64,000 nt of DNA from Narcine bancroftii (taxonomy: Eukaryota), in NCBI RefSeq assembly GCF_036971445.1, contig NC_091478.1, positions 93,806,001-93,870,000 on the forward strand. Direction: 5' to 3'. Below, one piece after another: positions 10,513 to 25,500 of this stretch. Within the stretch, counting starts at the first letter, position 1. Each line of letters starts with the position of its first letter. The notes beneath the pieces were generated by a model that was not told the DNA's origin, searched no databases, and was given only the letters and a program-made list of their open reading frames with translations. The translations under genes were made by a program, and so were the position numbers.

Positions 10513-13500
10513 CTGGAGAGAAAAATAAAACTTTTTAAATACACACATTCAGCAGACATCACAATCCTCAAAGACTTATCACTTTTAGTCCTTTCACGCA
10601 AATTCCCTATCCCCTCCCATCACCAACAGAATTTTTCAGCTCACCTCGAGGTTGTACAAGGTGGGTGGCATTCAACAGGCTCGACCATGTTAATGCAAGG
10701 AAGGCAATACAGGCACAGAATACAAAAACATCCCTTAAGCACAGAGAGAATAGGAAATTCTTTATCCAGAGGTTGGTGAATCTATGTAATTTGCTGACAC
10801 GGACAGATATTGAGGTCATCATTGGGTAATATTTTAAGACAGAGGAAGAAAGGTTTCGGTAAGGAGGAGAATCAAGGGCTATGGTGAGAAGGCAGGAGAA
10901 TGGGGGCTGAAATGGATAGTAAATCAGCATGATACAAAAACAAGGCTAACTTGATGGGCTGAATGGCCCAAATCTGCTCCTATATATTATGATCTAGAGG
11001 GGGAGGTGGTAGGAAAAGATATGTAGGGGATAGTATAGTCATGGGACCACACTATTCTCTGCCACAAGGATTGAGAGTCCCAAAGGCTGTGTTACCTGCC
11101 CATTTCCTGGTTTCGGGACTTCTTATGACCGGCAGAGGAATTTGGAGTGGAAGGGGAAAGATCTAGTTGTAATGGCCCATGTACGCTCCACAACACATGA
11201 AGTTTAGCAAACAAAAGACAGTAAGGGCTTACAAGAATTCTATGGTAGCCAGGAAGGAGCTGAAAAAAAGGACTTGGGAGAGCTAGGGGGTATGAGATGT
11301 CCTTAGCAAATCAGATCAAGGAAAGCCAAGATTTTCTACACATGTGAGGAACAAGATTAAGGGTAGGACGGATTAGGAATAAAGTGGTGGGGGGGATGGA
11401 AGAAGAAAAGGAGACAGAAGAGATGGGGACATTCTAAATGAATACTTTGTTTAAGTGTCCATTCAGGAAAGGGATCTTGGTGAATGTGAGGTCAGCATAG
11501 ACCAGGCTAGAGCATTGTCGAGGTTAAGAAGTGCTGTATTATTTTTATTCGGATAGATAATTCCCTGGGATTCGGCAGGATATACCAGAGATGATTACAG
11601 GAAGCGAGGAAAGAGATTGCTGGGCATTAGCGATGATCTTTGCATCCTCCCTGGCCACAGAAGAGTTGCTGGAAAATTAGAAAATAGCAAATGTTGTCCA
11701 CTTGTTTAGAAAGGTACGGTGGGGGGGGGGGGGGGCGATCCTGGGATTTATAGACTGGTGAGTCTTGCCAGGTCGCTGGTATGTAATATTGTGTGCAAAC
11801 CACTATAACTATGCTGCCCTAATTTACAAGGACCCCAAGTCCCTTTTCAGCATAATATTCTCTCCTAAAATAACAGTTTAAAAAAAAAATCCTTCTTTGC
11901 AAAGTGGACATTTCCCCACATTATATTCCATCTTTCAACCACAAGCTGTATTCCTTTGCAGGCTGCTCGTCTTATTCACAACTTGTTAACCCACACCATC
12001 CAGTATTCTTGGTTCCAAGCCCAGAAACACACCCCTTCTCCCCCCCCAAATGGACAGCCAAGCACTCATGGTGCTGTCATTTTAGCTCAGTGGAATCCTC
12101 TCCACCAGTACTCTAAGCAGCATACAGATCAGAGAGCAACACACTCTTGGGAGGGGGGGGGGTCTCCTATACTTTCTTCCTGCCCGTCCAGCCATACTAG
12201 GGGAGTTGAACAAGCGGTAGTGAAGTAATGCTTCAGTTATACCCCCACCCTCCATAGCCCACCTCCAGCAACATGATCTCTGATGGTTCTCCCTCCTCAC
12301 TCTCTTGTAACTTTAACCACATCTGCCCCCCACCCCTGCCCCGAGCTCTCTCGGCACCTCTCAAATGAAACCATGTCTCCCCACACACCAGCTCCAATCT
12401 CTCCTCATCTTTACCATCCCTCCAGTTTCCTTCTCTTTGACTCTGTGTAGCTGGTCCTCAGCACGGAACTCACTGTTTTACCCCTACACCTCAGTGACTC
12501 TCTGTCCCTATGCTTCATTCTCCTGAATTACCAGTCTGGTAGCTTAATTGTTGCACTACCACCAATCACAGAACATTAACTCATCATCTCTGACCCCTTG
12601 CACGTTGAGTACAAGCCTGAGGAGGCCCAGTCAGGCAAAGAGTTCTCTGTTGTTTCTCATATGGACAATGCTGCAAACCTCAAGTTTTAAGGTTGTGAAG
12701 AAGGAAAACATGAACAAGAAAAGCCTTCAGCCTCATCATTTACAAAATATAAAGTAAAATTTAACAAAGCCTGTACACACCAATTCTCCTTCTGGCCCTC
12801 CGAAGTCCAGGTAGAGAATCCTGATCCCATCATCGGCAGATGACTTCAACCTTTCAAACGGATACTTAAGTAGAATGTTGGACGAATCGGTTGTTGAACT
12901 GCCCTGGGACATTACGAAACCACTCTCGTAGTTAATGATCAGCTTGACGTCCTTTTCTTTCCAGGTGCACCCTGGTTAAAATTAAAATTAATTAGAGTTA
13001 AATAAGGTCCACTACATCTTGTCACAATGGCAGTAAATGTCAACATTATCAGTCCCAGGAGGGCTGGATTGACTCAACAGATCAAAGACATGGACAACAG
13101 AAGCAGTGAATAACCTGACACCTGTCCTGCCATTCAGTAAGATTATAATTGATCTTTTACTTCAGGGACACCTTACCAATTAACAGAGAGTTAGCAACTT
13201 TGCAGGAAAAGGAGGGGGACTATTGGGACCAGAAGCAATGAGGAAAGAGAATGCAGAAAATCTGTATAGAGTTAAATAGAAAAGTATGCAGATGCTGGGA
13301 TTGCGGTGCAATGCACAAGTGCTGAAGAAAGTGATCTGCTGAGTTTCTCCAGCACGTCTTCTGCAATGCTTTGTGCAGAAAGACTGTTATCTGCTGTATT
13401 GCATTCTCATCTCAAGTCAGATCATGGGTTCAACTTTCTCTCAAGAACTGACAGTGGAGCTTAGATTTTTGCCCTTTTCCCCATTAGACAGGAATGTGAG

Positions 13501-16500
13501 AAGAGTAACCATGGTCTACAGCATGCTGGTCATTTGGAAAGATGGGCAGAACAATGGCAGATAGAATTTAATCCTGACAAGTTCAAGGTGATACATTGCA
13601 ATTAAAAAAAAATTACTTTATGTACTCAAAAGTGATCAAACTGAGGTAGAATTACAAAAATACTGTACAGTGAGGAGGGGAAGAGGGAAACAGGTCTGAA
13701 ACTAGGTCCCAATTTTAAGTAAATCAAATTACAGTGGTACAAGGTAAAATGGCTAAAGTAGATGAGCAAAATAAATTAAAAGGGTGACAGGATCATCAGT
13801 GCCATATTTAATACAATATTACATAAATTTCAAAGATATTCTATTGCAGAGAGAAGAGGACTGAGGAATTAGTGATCAGAATAGAGAAATGGCAGAAGTT
13901 CTAAATAATTATTTTGGATAATTTTTCAGTGGAAGACACTAAAATATCCCCATACTGATATTTAAGGTGCCTTACAGAAGGTCTACAAGAGAAAGAAAAT
14001 AACAGATAAACTAATGTGGCTAAATCCTGGACCACGAAGCTACAAACTCTACTCCTTGTACATCAATGACTGCATAGATACATCCAACTCATGAGGGGTA
14101 CAAATAGAGAAAATGCTAGCAGGTCTTTTCCATTGATGTTAAGTGAAACAAGAATGAGAGGACATGGGTTATGGAGAAAAGGGAAATGTTAAAGGGGACA
14201 TTTGGGGGAAATTCTTCAGAGTGTGGTGAGAATGTGGAATGAGTTGGCAGCTGAAGTGGTGAATGCAGGGTCAATTTTGACATTTAAGAAAAATATGAAC
14301 AGGTCCATGGATGGCCAGGTTATGGAGAGCTGTGGCCCAGGTGCAGTGGGACTAGGCAGAATGGTAGTGTGGCACAGTTAAGAGGGGCTGAAGGTTCTGC
14401 TTCTGTGGTTCTCTGCTTCCAAACCTATCTACACACGAAACCACTTTCAAAGAATAATGTATCTGTATTCCCAGATCCCTCTGCCCTGCTGCAGTTCCTT
14501 ATTGCTTACCATGCAAATCCTACACTGGTTCATTTCCCAAGTGCAGCTCCTCACACTTATCTGCATTAAATTCCACCTGCCATCTTGCAGCCCATTTTTC
14601 CTGATGGTCCAGGTCCCACTGCAAGTTTTGAGAATGTTCCTTGCTTTCCACTACAGCCCCAATATCAATGTCATCTGCAGATTTGCCGATCCAATTTACC
14701 ACATCATTCAGACCACTGATATAGATGGTCTAGCACCATTCCCTGAAGTACGCAAGTCACAGGCCTCCCAGTTAGAAGGAATAGTAAACTACTACCATTC
14801 TTTGGTTTTTCCCCATAAAGCCATTGTCTAATCAAATATACTACCTCATTCGGAATACAGAGCGGCTGATCCTTCTTGACCAACCTCCCATACAGGATCG
14901 TTTCAAAGGCATTACTACATCCACAACCTTTCCTTTGCCAACATTCCTGATAACTTCCGAAAAAAAACTCTACAACATTGTTTGCACATACCCTACCACA
15001 CACAAAGCCACATTGACTATCCCCTAATACTCCCTGTCTATCAAAATACTTGTACTGTAAATCCAATCTCTTGAATGCTTTTGGTGTAGAGATGTGTACT
15101 TCTTGATTATTGAAACTAATACAAATTAGAGGTTTAAAAACTACATGCATGAATAATTATTATGTACATGTATTTTTAAATATTTATATAACATTTTTGT
15201 AACAAGATATGCATGTATGAGTAAAATAGTGCATATAATATTTTTTCATATCTTGCAGTTCTCAAACATCTGAAGTTTATTGTTTGTGACTCTTGCATTA
15301 AGAATGTTTGGCCACTCCTGTCAAAGCTTATTATGGGCTCGGCTGGGTATGCCACTTTCGGCAGCCTTTTGCATTCCTGGGCACCAAACTAGACCATGAC
15401 CAACCAGTCAGTATACTGTCCACAGTGCACTTGCAGAAGTTTATAAAGGCCATCATGAAATCTGCAGGCAGTACATTCCAGATCCCAAGTTGTTCAAAAA
15501 GCATTCCTAACATTATTCTGAATTCTATTCCCATTTATTTTGTACCTATGATCTTTAGTCCTCGATCCCTGCTCCAATGGGAACAGCTTCCTACTGTTTT
15601 TTGATTAACCTGTGATGAGGCTGAGAAGGGTGGGCTTGTGCTAAATCTTCACACCTTGTGTGTGGATCTGCTCACAGCATTTCTTTCCACCTTCCTCTCT
15701 GAACAAGGTTGGCCACAATCAGGGAAGAGCACAACTGACTCTACAGGCAGAATGGCCTTGCACATTTCCACATTCTGATCAGAAACCTCCTCACCACTCC
15801 CCCCCACCAAAAGAAATGTTCATCCTTCCCACTAACCATACAATACAGAGCACATGCAATGCATTCATCATGCTTATAAAACATGATCAGTAGACATGAC
15901 ACGTACCCAAGGTCACCTCCTTAATCAACTCTGAAGCACCATGACAGCCTCGGACCAGCATTCGTGTCCACGTCGACAGATCCTGGTGATTCTCAACACG
16001 GAAAACGTGCATCTCAATTCCTTGTCGTGAGCCCGTCCGTGTGACAAACGTCAGTTCTGAGCTAATGGATGGGGAACCTCGTGTAGATCCTGAGTGTACC
16101 AACCTGAATAATGGGGGAACAGAAAGAGCAGAATATTAGGTCCCAAAATAAAGCTTTACCCTAATGCTCATCCATCAATCAAATCTGTAAAAACACATGA
16201 TTGCACTTCATGTTAGTCAAAACCCCCTCGATCCATCCCAGATTTTGCACCTTCACCCTCACCCAGCAATTCACTTGACCCTTACCCATCAGGTCCATAA
16301 CGCTCAGTTGGACCACAAAAACAAATCTGATGGATATCCCTGTGTGGGGCACTAAGTGGGCACATAGACTAGAGTAAAAGCTAGACATAGCTATTTATAA
16401 AGCACCCACCAGCTGCAGATTTCTTTCACAACTCCACTTTCACTTCAGACTGACAATTCAAGATCACTGGCAGGGAAACTAACCTCTCTGATTCCACCAC

Positions 16501-19500
16501 CTCAAGTCATTAGGCTCCAATAACAAGATTTAGTCCACTGTTCCTTATCTGGTAAGCGTAGAGGGGATGCTTGTCACCACAACGCCACTAAAGAATAACT
16601 AAAGCATGGACAAGACAAAGGAGATGATTGTGGACTTCAGGAAATGACCAACCTCCACCATGTTTATAGCTCAGTAGTGGAGAGAATTGAGAGCACCAAG
16701 TTCCTCAGAGTCCACTTAAGTAGTGACCTATCCTGGACACACATCTTCTCACTTATCTGGAAGGCCCACCAATGATTGCACTTCCCAAGAGGACGGAGGC
16801 AGGCAAAGCTACTGGCCACCATCCTGTTGTCTTTTTACAGAAGGTCTATTGAGAGCATCCTGCCCAGCTGCATCACAATGTGGTACGGGTGCTGTAGCAT
16901 TGGATCGGAGGTCAATCCACAGGACCATAAGAGCAGCAGAGAGGATCACTAGCGCCTCCCTCTCCGCCATTGACACGATTTACTAGGATAGTTGTCAGGA
17001 GGGCTCATAATATCGTTAAGGAGCCCCTACCATCCCGCACACAGCATCTACCAGCTGCTCCCATCAGGAAAAATAGAGCCAGACCACCAAGCTGGCTCTT
17101 CCAATAGGCAGTGGTGACACTGCTGAATGATCGACGAACTGCTCGTACAAACCCTCGCAGATTCTACCATTGAGTGAACAATATTTTGTTTATATATGTA
17201 TATCTGTAATACATATAAATTGTTTGTACGTGTGATTGGATGTTTTTTGCACCAAGGACTGAAGAATGTTGTTTTATCTTATACAATCAAATGCCTTTGG
17301 TTGTCCATTTCTGTACATACCTTGTAGCCAGTAGTGGGTGGCTTTGGCAAGGTGATGTCCATAGGTCCCGGTTCCACGGTACACTGTTGTAAAGGAGCAA
17401 ATCTTTATCCGTGAGGATGGCCACCACCGGTTTCCATTGTTGCTTCCCACCTTCCACCTTCAGCTGCAGCCCAAGCAAAAGAGAAATCACAGCGTTGCAA
17501 AAGCACAGCACTCAATCCCAAGAATGACAAGGCACAGAAAGTCCCTAACCCTCTGCCTTCCCCCATCTACCCCTATCCATAACCTAGAGTCTAGGACCTA
17601 GACTACAAACACACCTTCTCCAGCATGTCCTCAACATAGGATTGTCAACACTTAGAACACAGGCATTAAGAGTGACAGTGCAGTTGAGTATGGGTCCAGT
17701 AACCATCAGCCAACAGAAGCTTCAAGGTTGCAGTCCAGCCTCCCAAAATCATAAATTACTGGCATAGACTTCACCTGGAGCAGGAGCTATTCCTATGTCA
17801 GTAAACAAAGTAGCAGGAATAAAGTGTGAAGGAATTGCCAGTAGATTGGAATAAATCTAGAGTCTCATAGGAAGTCTGATTAATTGAAATGGCAGGAGGG
17901 TTGTGGAGCCCGATAACAAGGCTTGAACACGTAGAACTCTCTACCTGTTCTGATAACCAGCCAATGTGCTGAATGGCCCTGCAACTGGGGCCCAGGAGCT
18001 CACTTAACTCCAACAGTGCCCGAGGGATTAGAGCTGTGATGCTGGCATGTATTGCCACGAACCAGGCATGTGCTTCAGAAGCATCCTTGCTCTGCAGAAG
18101 GATTGCATGTCTGCCGTCAGGAGAATGTAATTCAAATAACCTGTGGGCACAATACATCAAGAGGAGAAAGTCAACATCAATCACAAACAATGAAACCAAT
18201 AAAACATCAGGTCATGGTTGGAATACTGTATGCTGTGGAAAACATTGTGACCCCGAATGCTGGGATGATTTGAACTTTGTGCGTTTTTAAATTCAGTGAC
18301 CTCAGAGTGTGGAATTCTATGAAAAGTGGATTGTTCATTAAATATTCAAAGAGATCGCAGCTGCATTGAAGCTGTACTGAGGAAACTGATGGAAACCAGT
18401 GGGAGTTGTGGCAAACACGGTTGAGGTCAGTCTCTGCTGCTTAGAATTGATGTGCTAGAGTCCAAGATTTAGACAATACTGCATCAGGGAGATAGGTTAC
18501 TTCAACTGTTCCAGGAGGTAGTTGCAATTAAAAACTATCGTAGGGTGTAAAAAAGCCCGCTTCAAAGGTCAGCACTGCAAGAGCCACAATCGTTGTATGT
18601 TGTGCTGTACAAGATTTTAGCAGCCTCTGTGGATGAGAACTGGCTATAGGGTAAAGAGCAAAGTGAAGATGGTGGGGGAGGGGGTGGAAGAAAGAGAGAG
18701 ATGGTCTTCTCAAAGGTTCTGCGAGAGGCAGGTTGTGCCTTACAAACCCAATAGCATTTTTTGAGGTGATAAAGAAAATTGATGAAGAAAGGCAGTGTAT
18801 GTGGTGTATATAGATTTTTGTTACAGAGACCTTACCATGCTAAGCTCATTCAGAAATTCATGAGAGACGGGATCAAAGAAACCATAACTGCTTGGATTTG
18901 GTTTACCTATAGAACGCAGATGGAATATTTTCTGCCTGGAGGAAAGGTATACAAGATTAAGGGGCTAAGATAGAGTGGACAGCCAGCACCTTTTTCCTGG
19001 GATAATAGCAAACACCAGAGGATATCTGTTTAAGGTGAGAGGAGGAAAGTTTTGGGGAAATGTCAGAGGCGGAGGCAAGTGTTTTTTTATTCTGAGAGTC
19101 CTGGGTGCCTTTTTTTTTTATTATTTTATTTATAAATTTTAAACCACAGAATAGTTACATGACATTCAATTCCAGAAATTATTTTAAAAAGATTATACAT
19201 AATTTTATATATAATCCCATCCTCCCACCTCCCCTCCCCCACAACCCCTAGAAAAAAGAAAGAAAAAGAAAAACCAGAGGATGCCAAGAAAATAAAATAA
19301 AGTCTATATTGGAGGTTACCAAGAAGTGAGGTCTTCAGAAAGTCTTAAGCATGCAAACCCAAATTTTGTAAATACGAGTGCCAATATTTTCAAAAAAACA
19401 TGATATTTATCTGCAGATTATGTAATTTTCTCTAATTATACAACTGCAAAGTTTTGCATGCCATCTTTCTATACCTAAATCTATTTCTGACTTCCATGAT

Positions 19501-22500
19501 ATTGCTATACATTTCCTAGAAACTACTAAAGCAATTAACACAAATTAAGTTTGATACACATTTAATTTTAGTTTTGGTCTTATAACCTTAATATTACTCA
19601 ATAAAAATAACATTGGATCCTGTGGGAATTTGACCCCCGTAATTCATTCCAGAAAATTACATACCCCTAACCAAAATGGTCTAACTTTACGGCATTGCCA
19701 AGTTGAATGCAAAAAAGTTCTAATCTCAGATCTACACCTAAAACACAAATCTGATCTAGCAGGATTTAATCTATTTAATTTTTGTGGAGTCAAACATAAT
19801 TGATGTAAAAAAATTATACTGGTCTAACCTACATCTTACATTTATAATGTTAGTCATATTATCTAATCTAACTCCATCTAATCTTTTTCATTTATTTGTG
19901 TCTGTAATTTGTGTCTGGGTGACTTGAATGCATTGCCAGGGATGGTGGGAGGTAGATACAATAGGGACATTCAAGACTCTGATAGGCACATGGAAATACA
20001 AAAAACAAAGGACTGTGTGTGTGTGAAAAAAATTAGATTGTTGTGGAGTAAGTTTACATAGGCCAGACAACATCATGGGCTGAAAGGCCTGTACTGTGGT
20101 GTAACATTCTAAGACTGAAAATAGGGAGTTCCTCCGCTTTGCAGGTGGCCTTGATTTAGCAATACGAGGCCATGGACAGACATGCCAGTGTGGCAATGGT
20201 GTGTGGAATTGAAATGGAGAGGACTGGGAGGTCCTTCCTGTGGCAGCAGACAGAGCAAAGGCTTCTTTAGAGGTGTACTGCCTTCCAAAAAATGATTCCA
20301 AGAATGAAAAGCTTCAGTCTTTTCGATAAAGTAGTTAGGTGGGGGCTGCAAGGGAACCTCAGATTTAAAATCATGAAGCATTTTGACAACAACATTTATA
20401 GTGGTCGAAGAGTCAAGAAACTGGGAAAATAGAATTAGGCCAAGGGAAAACTTCCACACAGCCAGTCATTAGGATCTGAGCAGCAAACCAGGAATATATA
20501 CTGTATGTGTTTGATTGAGGATTGTTAGTGTGTTAGAGTCATAGCAGCACAGAAACAGGCACTTCAGCCCAACTAGTCCGTGCAGAACACGTACCCAAGC
20601 TAGTCCCATTTACCTGTGTTCCATTTCTATTCATGTGCATGCACATGTCCAAATGTCCTTTCAATGTTGTAATTGTACCCACTTCTACCACTTCCTCTGG
20701 CAGCTTATTCCATATACCCACCACCCTATGTAAAAAAAAAGTGCACCTTTAAACATTCCCACCCCCCTCCTCCTCCTCCTTCCTTAAATCTATCCATTCA
20801 AGAACTCACCCATGACTTGTACAAAACTAACATGATATCCCAACTCCAAACATCTTTTTCACCAGCATCTCCTATGTCACCACCTTCAGGGAAATATGCA
20901 CCCATGTTTCTTAGATCCTCGACTCTTTCCAAGGCCCCTCTATTTACTGTGTAAAATTTACTCTAGCTTGACGCCAAAATGCATCCTCACATTTGTCAGA
21001 ATTAAATTTCATCTGCCTTGCTTTGGCTTACTTCCCCAGTTGATCCAAATACTGTTGTGAACTTTGATACCCATCTCCACTGTCCACTATACCGGCAAGT
21101 TTGGTGTATTCCTCAAATTTACTAAGCAAGACACTGACATTTTCATTCAAATTGTTAACATAGATGACAAGCAGCAAAAGACCTAGCACTGATACCTGCT
21201 GCAAACCACAGATCAAAGACCTTCTAATTCAGAATGCAACCCTCCATTTTCACTTTGTCTCATACCATCAACTATTGAATCCAATTGTAGAACACAAAAG
21301 GGATGGAGATACTCAGCAGGTCATGTAGCAAACAAAAAGCACAAGGCTTGAACCCTTCAGATGTGCTGAAAATCAAGAAAATGCCTGAATAAAAAAGCAG
21401 GGGTGGGGGGGTGGTTGAGGAAGAAATGAGGGGAGCACAGGCTAACAGACAAGAAGTGGGCATACAAAAATTCTGGAGAAACTCCCAAGACATTCAGCAT
21501 TCTTTATGCGGCAAAGATACAGAAACAACATTTCAGGCCTGAGCCCAACCTCCAACGCAGGTTTTCACCCCAGCCACCCGCAGGCTCAAACGTCCAATGC
21601 CACCGCTGCTAACCCCAGTGCTGGCCACCCACATGCTGGAGCTGACGATGACTCCGCCAGTATCCCTGAATGCCAACATACGGTAACCTTCGACACCTCT
21701 GTCGACAGATACACACTGGTCCCAACCAACCCCATTTTGGTGTCCACACCAACCTCAGCCTTTGATTCCTCTCCTGCTGGTTCCCTCCACCATTCCACCA
21801 CCCCCCTCCCCCCACCAATCCTTAGTTTTCCCTATCCCCTCACACCTCTCCCCATCTACTCCTTTGAGCTCTCCCTTCTTCCCACCCCCGCCCTCAGAGC
21901 CACTCAATTCCATCCAACTCCCACCTCTGTCTTCCCCAACTCTCCATTTCTTCCCCCCCCAATCTCCTCCCATCCTCTCCATTCAGAGCTATCCTCCCCT
22001 TATCATTTTTCAGCTTTATTTCCCTCATGCCCTCCCACCCATGACCACTTGCCTGTAGCTCTGCATTCTCCTTTTGCCCTTCCTCCCTTCCCCACCATCT
22101 TATTTAGGTGCCTGTCTGGTTTTACCTCATAACTTGATGAAACAAAACATTGGATATGTATGTTTATTTTTGCTACATATAGAGCACTACACAACTTGCT
22201 GAGTTTCTCCAGCAGTTTTGTGTATACTAAGATTATAGTGTTTGCAGATTTTTGTGTTCAACTTAAGTAGGTACAGGTGGGAGGGGAAGAAGAGAAAGGA
22301 GAGATGATGGGAGAGAGGGCAGAGTGCTGAGAAAGGTACCTCTCCAATAGGAGAAGGGAGGGAAGGGGCAGAGAGCTGGAGGAAGGATGTCAGAGGCCGA
22401 GGGAAAGAGATAGACCAGGGGAGGGTTAAGCAGAAATTCAAGGTCAATAGTTATGCCTTCTGGTTGGAGACTGCCATGACAGAATAGATAGTGCTATTCT

Positions 22501-25500
22501 TCCGATTTACAAGTGGCCTTAGCTTCGCAGTACACGAGCCCTTGGACAGACACAGTCAGTGTAGCAATGGGGTGAGGGGTTGAAGTAGTTGGCCACTGGG
22601 AGGTCCTTGTTGTTGCAGGACACAGAGAAAAGGTGCATAATGAAGCTATCTCCCAGGTTGCATCCAAGAACAGAGTGGTCAGCTACACATGAAGCTAGAA
22701 GAAAAGGAGGAGGTCATAAATTTTTTTTGCATCAATATTTACTCAGGAAACAGGCACAAAGTCTAAGAAAGTAAGGCCAACAACGGAATCTATACAGGCA
22801 AAAGAAGAGGAGGTGCTTGCTGTCTTAAGGCAAATAAGGGTGGATAAACTGTCAGGCTTGACAAGGTATTCCCTCGGACCTTGAAGGAGGCTAATGTACA
22901 AATTGTAGGGGCCCCTGGCAGATATATTTAAAATGTCCTTAGCCACAGGTGAGGTGTCAGAGGATTGGAGGCTCATATTGTTCTGCTCCAAAAATAACAC
23001 AGGAAATTGTAGGCTTGTGTGGTTGATGTCAATAAGCATTTAGAAGGTGTTCCAAGAGATTGGATGTACAAGTATTTGGAGAGTCAGGGACTGATTAGGG
23101 ACAGTCAGCATAACTTTGTGCATGGCACATTGTGTTTAACCAATCTTTTTGAGTTTTGAGAAGGTTACATCTGTGACAAGGTCCCACATGCGAGGTTAGT
23201 TCAGCTGCTCGGTATCCATGTTGAGCTGTGAAACTAGATTTGACATTGGCTTTATGGTGAGATAAGACGTTGGCTTTAAGGGAAGAACAAACAAAAATGG
23301 CAGTACTGCCAGAGCTATTGCAAGGGAAGCACTGCACCTGGTATGGAACCAGAAGAGCGGGGAGTGGAGACAGAGTGCTCCTCCACATAGTCCCACTGTC
23401 GGCTGTGTTGCTTTTGGCTCAGAACAGGCTTTAAACGGCTTAATCCTGCATCCTCAGAGGTCTGAGCCCAAGATGGTGGCACTTCTGCAAGGCAGTGAAC
23501 CATGAGTGGTGCAGACTTCAGGGTAGCAGCAAACTAGCGCAGGAGACCAGATACAGGCAACAAGGGCCTTAGTAACTGAGGCAACCTGCAGTCGAAGAAC
23601 TCACACAGGCTGCTGCCAACTTACAGTTGAAGGACCCACACACGTTGCTGGAAACTGGCTCATGGGAACCAGGTATCAGAACTGGATTTTGAGAGGGTGC
23701 TGAGGGCAAGAAAGGGCTCCTGAAGGTCCTCGGGTGCTGAAGGCTTCCTGATGGTATCAGAGCCTTGGACTGGAGCTCAGGTTGCCAATAATTTGAACAG
23801 GAATATGTGCAGCTGCTGAGGCTACAGGAGCACTGGAGGCAAATTCACGGACATTCAGTGCCACTGAAGGGAAATTCTTTTGCTTCTCTTTGTCTTATTG
23901 TAAGGGGTGCCTGGCAATGCTCATGGCAATTTGTTGATTGTCTTACAGAAGACAAAAGTATATTATGTATATAACATTTTTATGTATTATTATGTGACAA
24001 TAAAAGGAACCTTGAAGCCAGAGAGTAGTAGATGATTGACTCTCAGACTGGAGGCCCGTGACTATTGATGTACCTCAGGGAATCAGTGCTGAGTCCATTG
24101 TTGTCTATAATCAACGATCTGGATGATATTGTGGTAAATTGGATCAGCAAGTTCGCAGACATCACAAAGGTGTAGTGGACAGCAAGGAAGGCTTTCAAAA
24201 CTTAGATTGGATCTGGACCAACCGAAGGACAAACCAAAGTAGGACATACACAATAAATGGATCTTGGTTCTTGATCCTACAAAATATTCCGTATGGAATT
24301 TAAACTGAAGGTGGAATTTAAAATGGCAGATCATTGAGGAGTACGGTGGAAGAGGGATTTGGGAATACAGATGGTATACCCTGCTTTACGGATACCTGCT
24401 TCATGCAAATTTGCTTTTAGAAAGAAACCGGTGTTCGCTTTTATGAAAGCATTTTCGCTTTTACAAAAAAGTGGCTGGTGGAGCTGTCGACAGGCCCTTC
24501 AGTGAGAAAGATTTGGACATGGATGGGAAGAGTATGGAGGAATATGAACTAGTTTCAGGTCAGTGGGATTAAGCAGATGTATGAATAGTTTGGCAGAGAT
24601 TGGAAGAGCCCGTTTCCATGCTGTAATAATCTATGGTTCTCCCCTGTGTAGAGAAAGTCACATCAGGAGCACAGGATTGTAGTATAGATTTACATGTGAA
24701 GTCTTGTTTCACTTAGGACTGTTTCCTGAATGGAAGGAGGAGATGCAAATGCAACACGTCTCGTAGTCATAGAGGTAGTTACTGGGGAGGTGATTGGTGG
24801 GAAGCGATAAGTGTACAAAGGAGTGGAGGGAGTTGTCCCTACAGAGATGAGTGAAAGATATGTTTGGTGGTCGATCCATTTGTAGGTGGAAGAAATTGTA
24901 GAGAATGATATGTTGGTTGCAGAGGCTGCTGTGGTGGTGGTGAGGATGAGGGGAACCCTGTACTTTCTGTGTTGGGGGGGGGCAGGGGGGGAGGCCCTGG
25001 TCAGCCCTTACAGTCCTTCATAAATTACATTAACCATCCTTCAAGTTTTTGGTTCTTCACCCAACTATGATACTTATATCAATGCCAGCTTCCCATAGTG
25101 CCAGGCTTCAATATAGAAATGCACATCACCAAAACAAGCCCTTCAGCCCACAAGGGCTGAATTAAATCAAAACTCTGCTACTTGCACAATAAACCATATC
25201 TCCTCTTTCCTGAATTTTCATGTGTCAATCTAGAATCCTCTTAAATATTATATGTGCTTCCACCACCTCTTCCGGCAGCCCACTCCAGGCACCCACTACT
25301 CTGCGTAAAAACCTCCTACACTCCAGTTAAAAATAACCCATTTTTCCAACCTCTCCCCATCGCTCATAGTCTCTAATCCAGGCAACATACTGGTCAATGT
25401 CTTCCGTACCCTTTCCAAAGCCTCCATATCTGTTCTCTTATAGGGTGCGCAGAACTGCACACAGTGTAGCCTAGCCAAAGATTTATAGAGCTGCAGCATG

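Noticed and set aside
21506-22132. 208-aa Pro/Ser-rich ORF
   Set aside because: Low-complexity pyrimidine-rich sequence between Penelope terminal modules; no recognisable domain.
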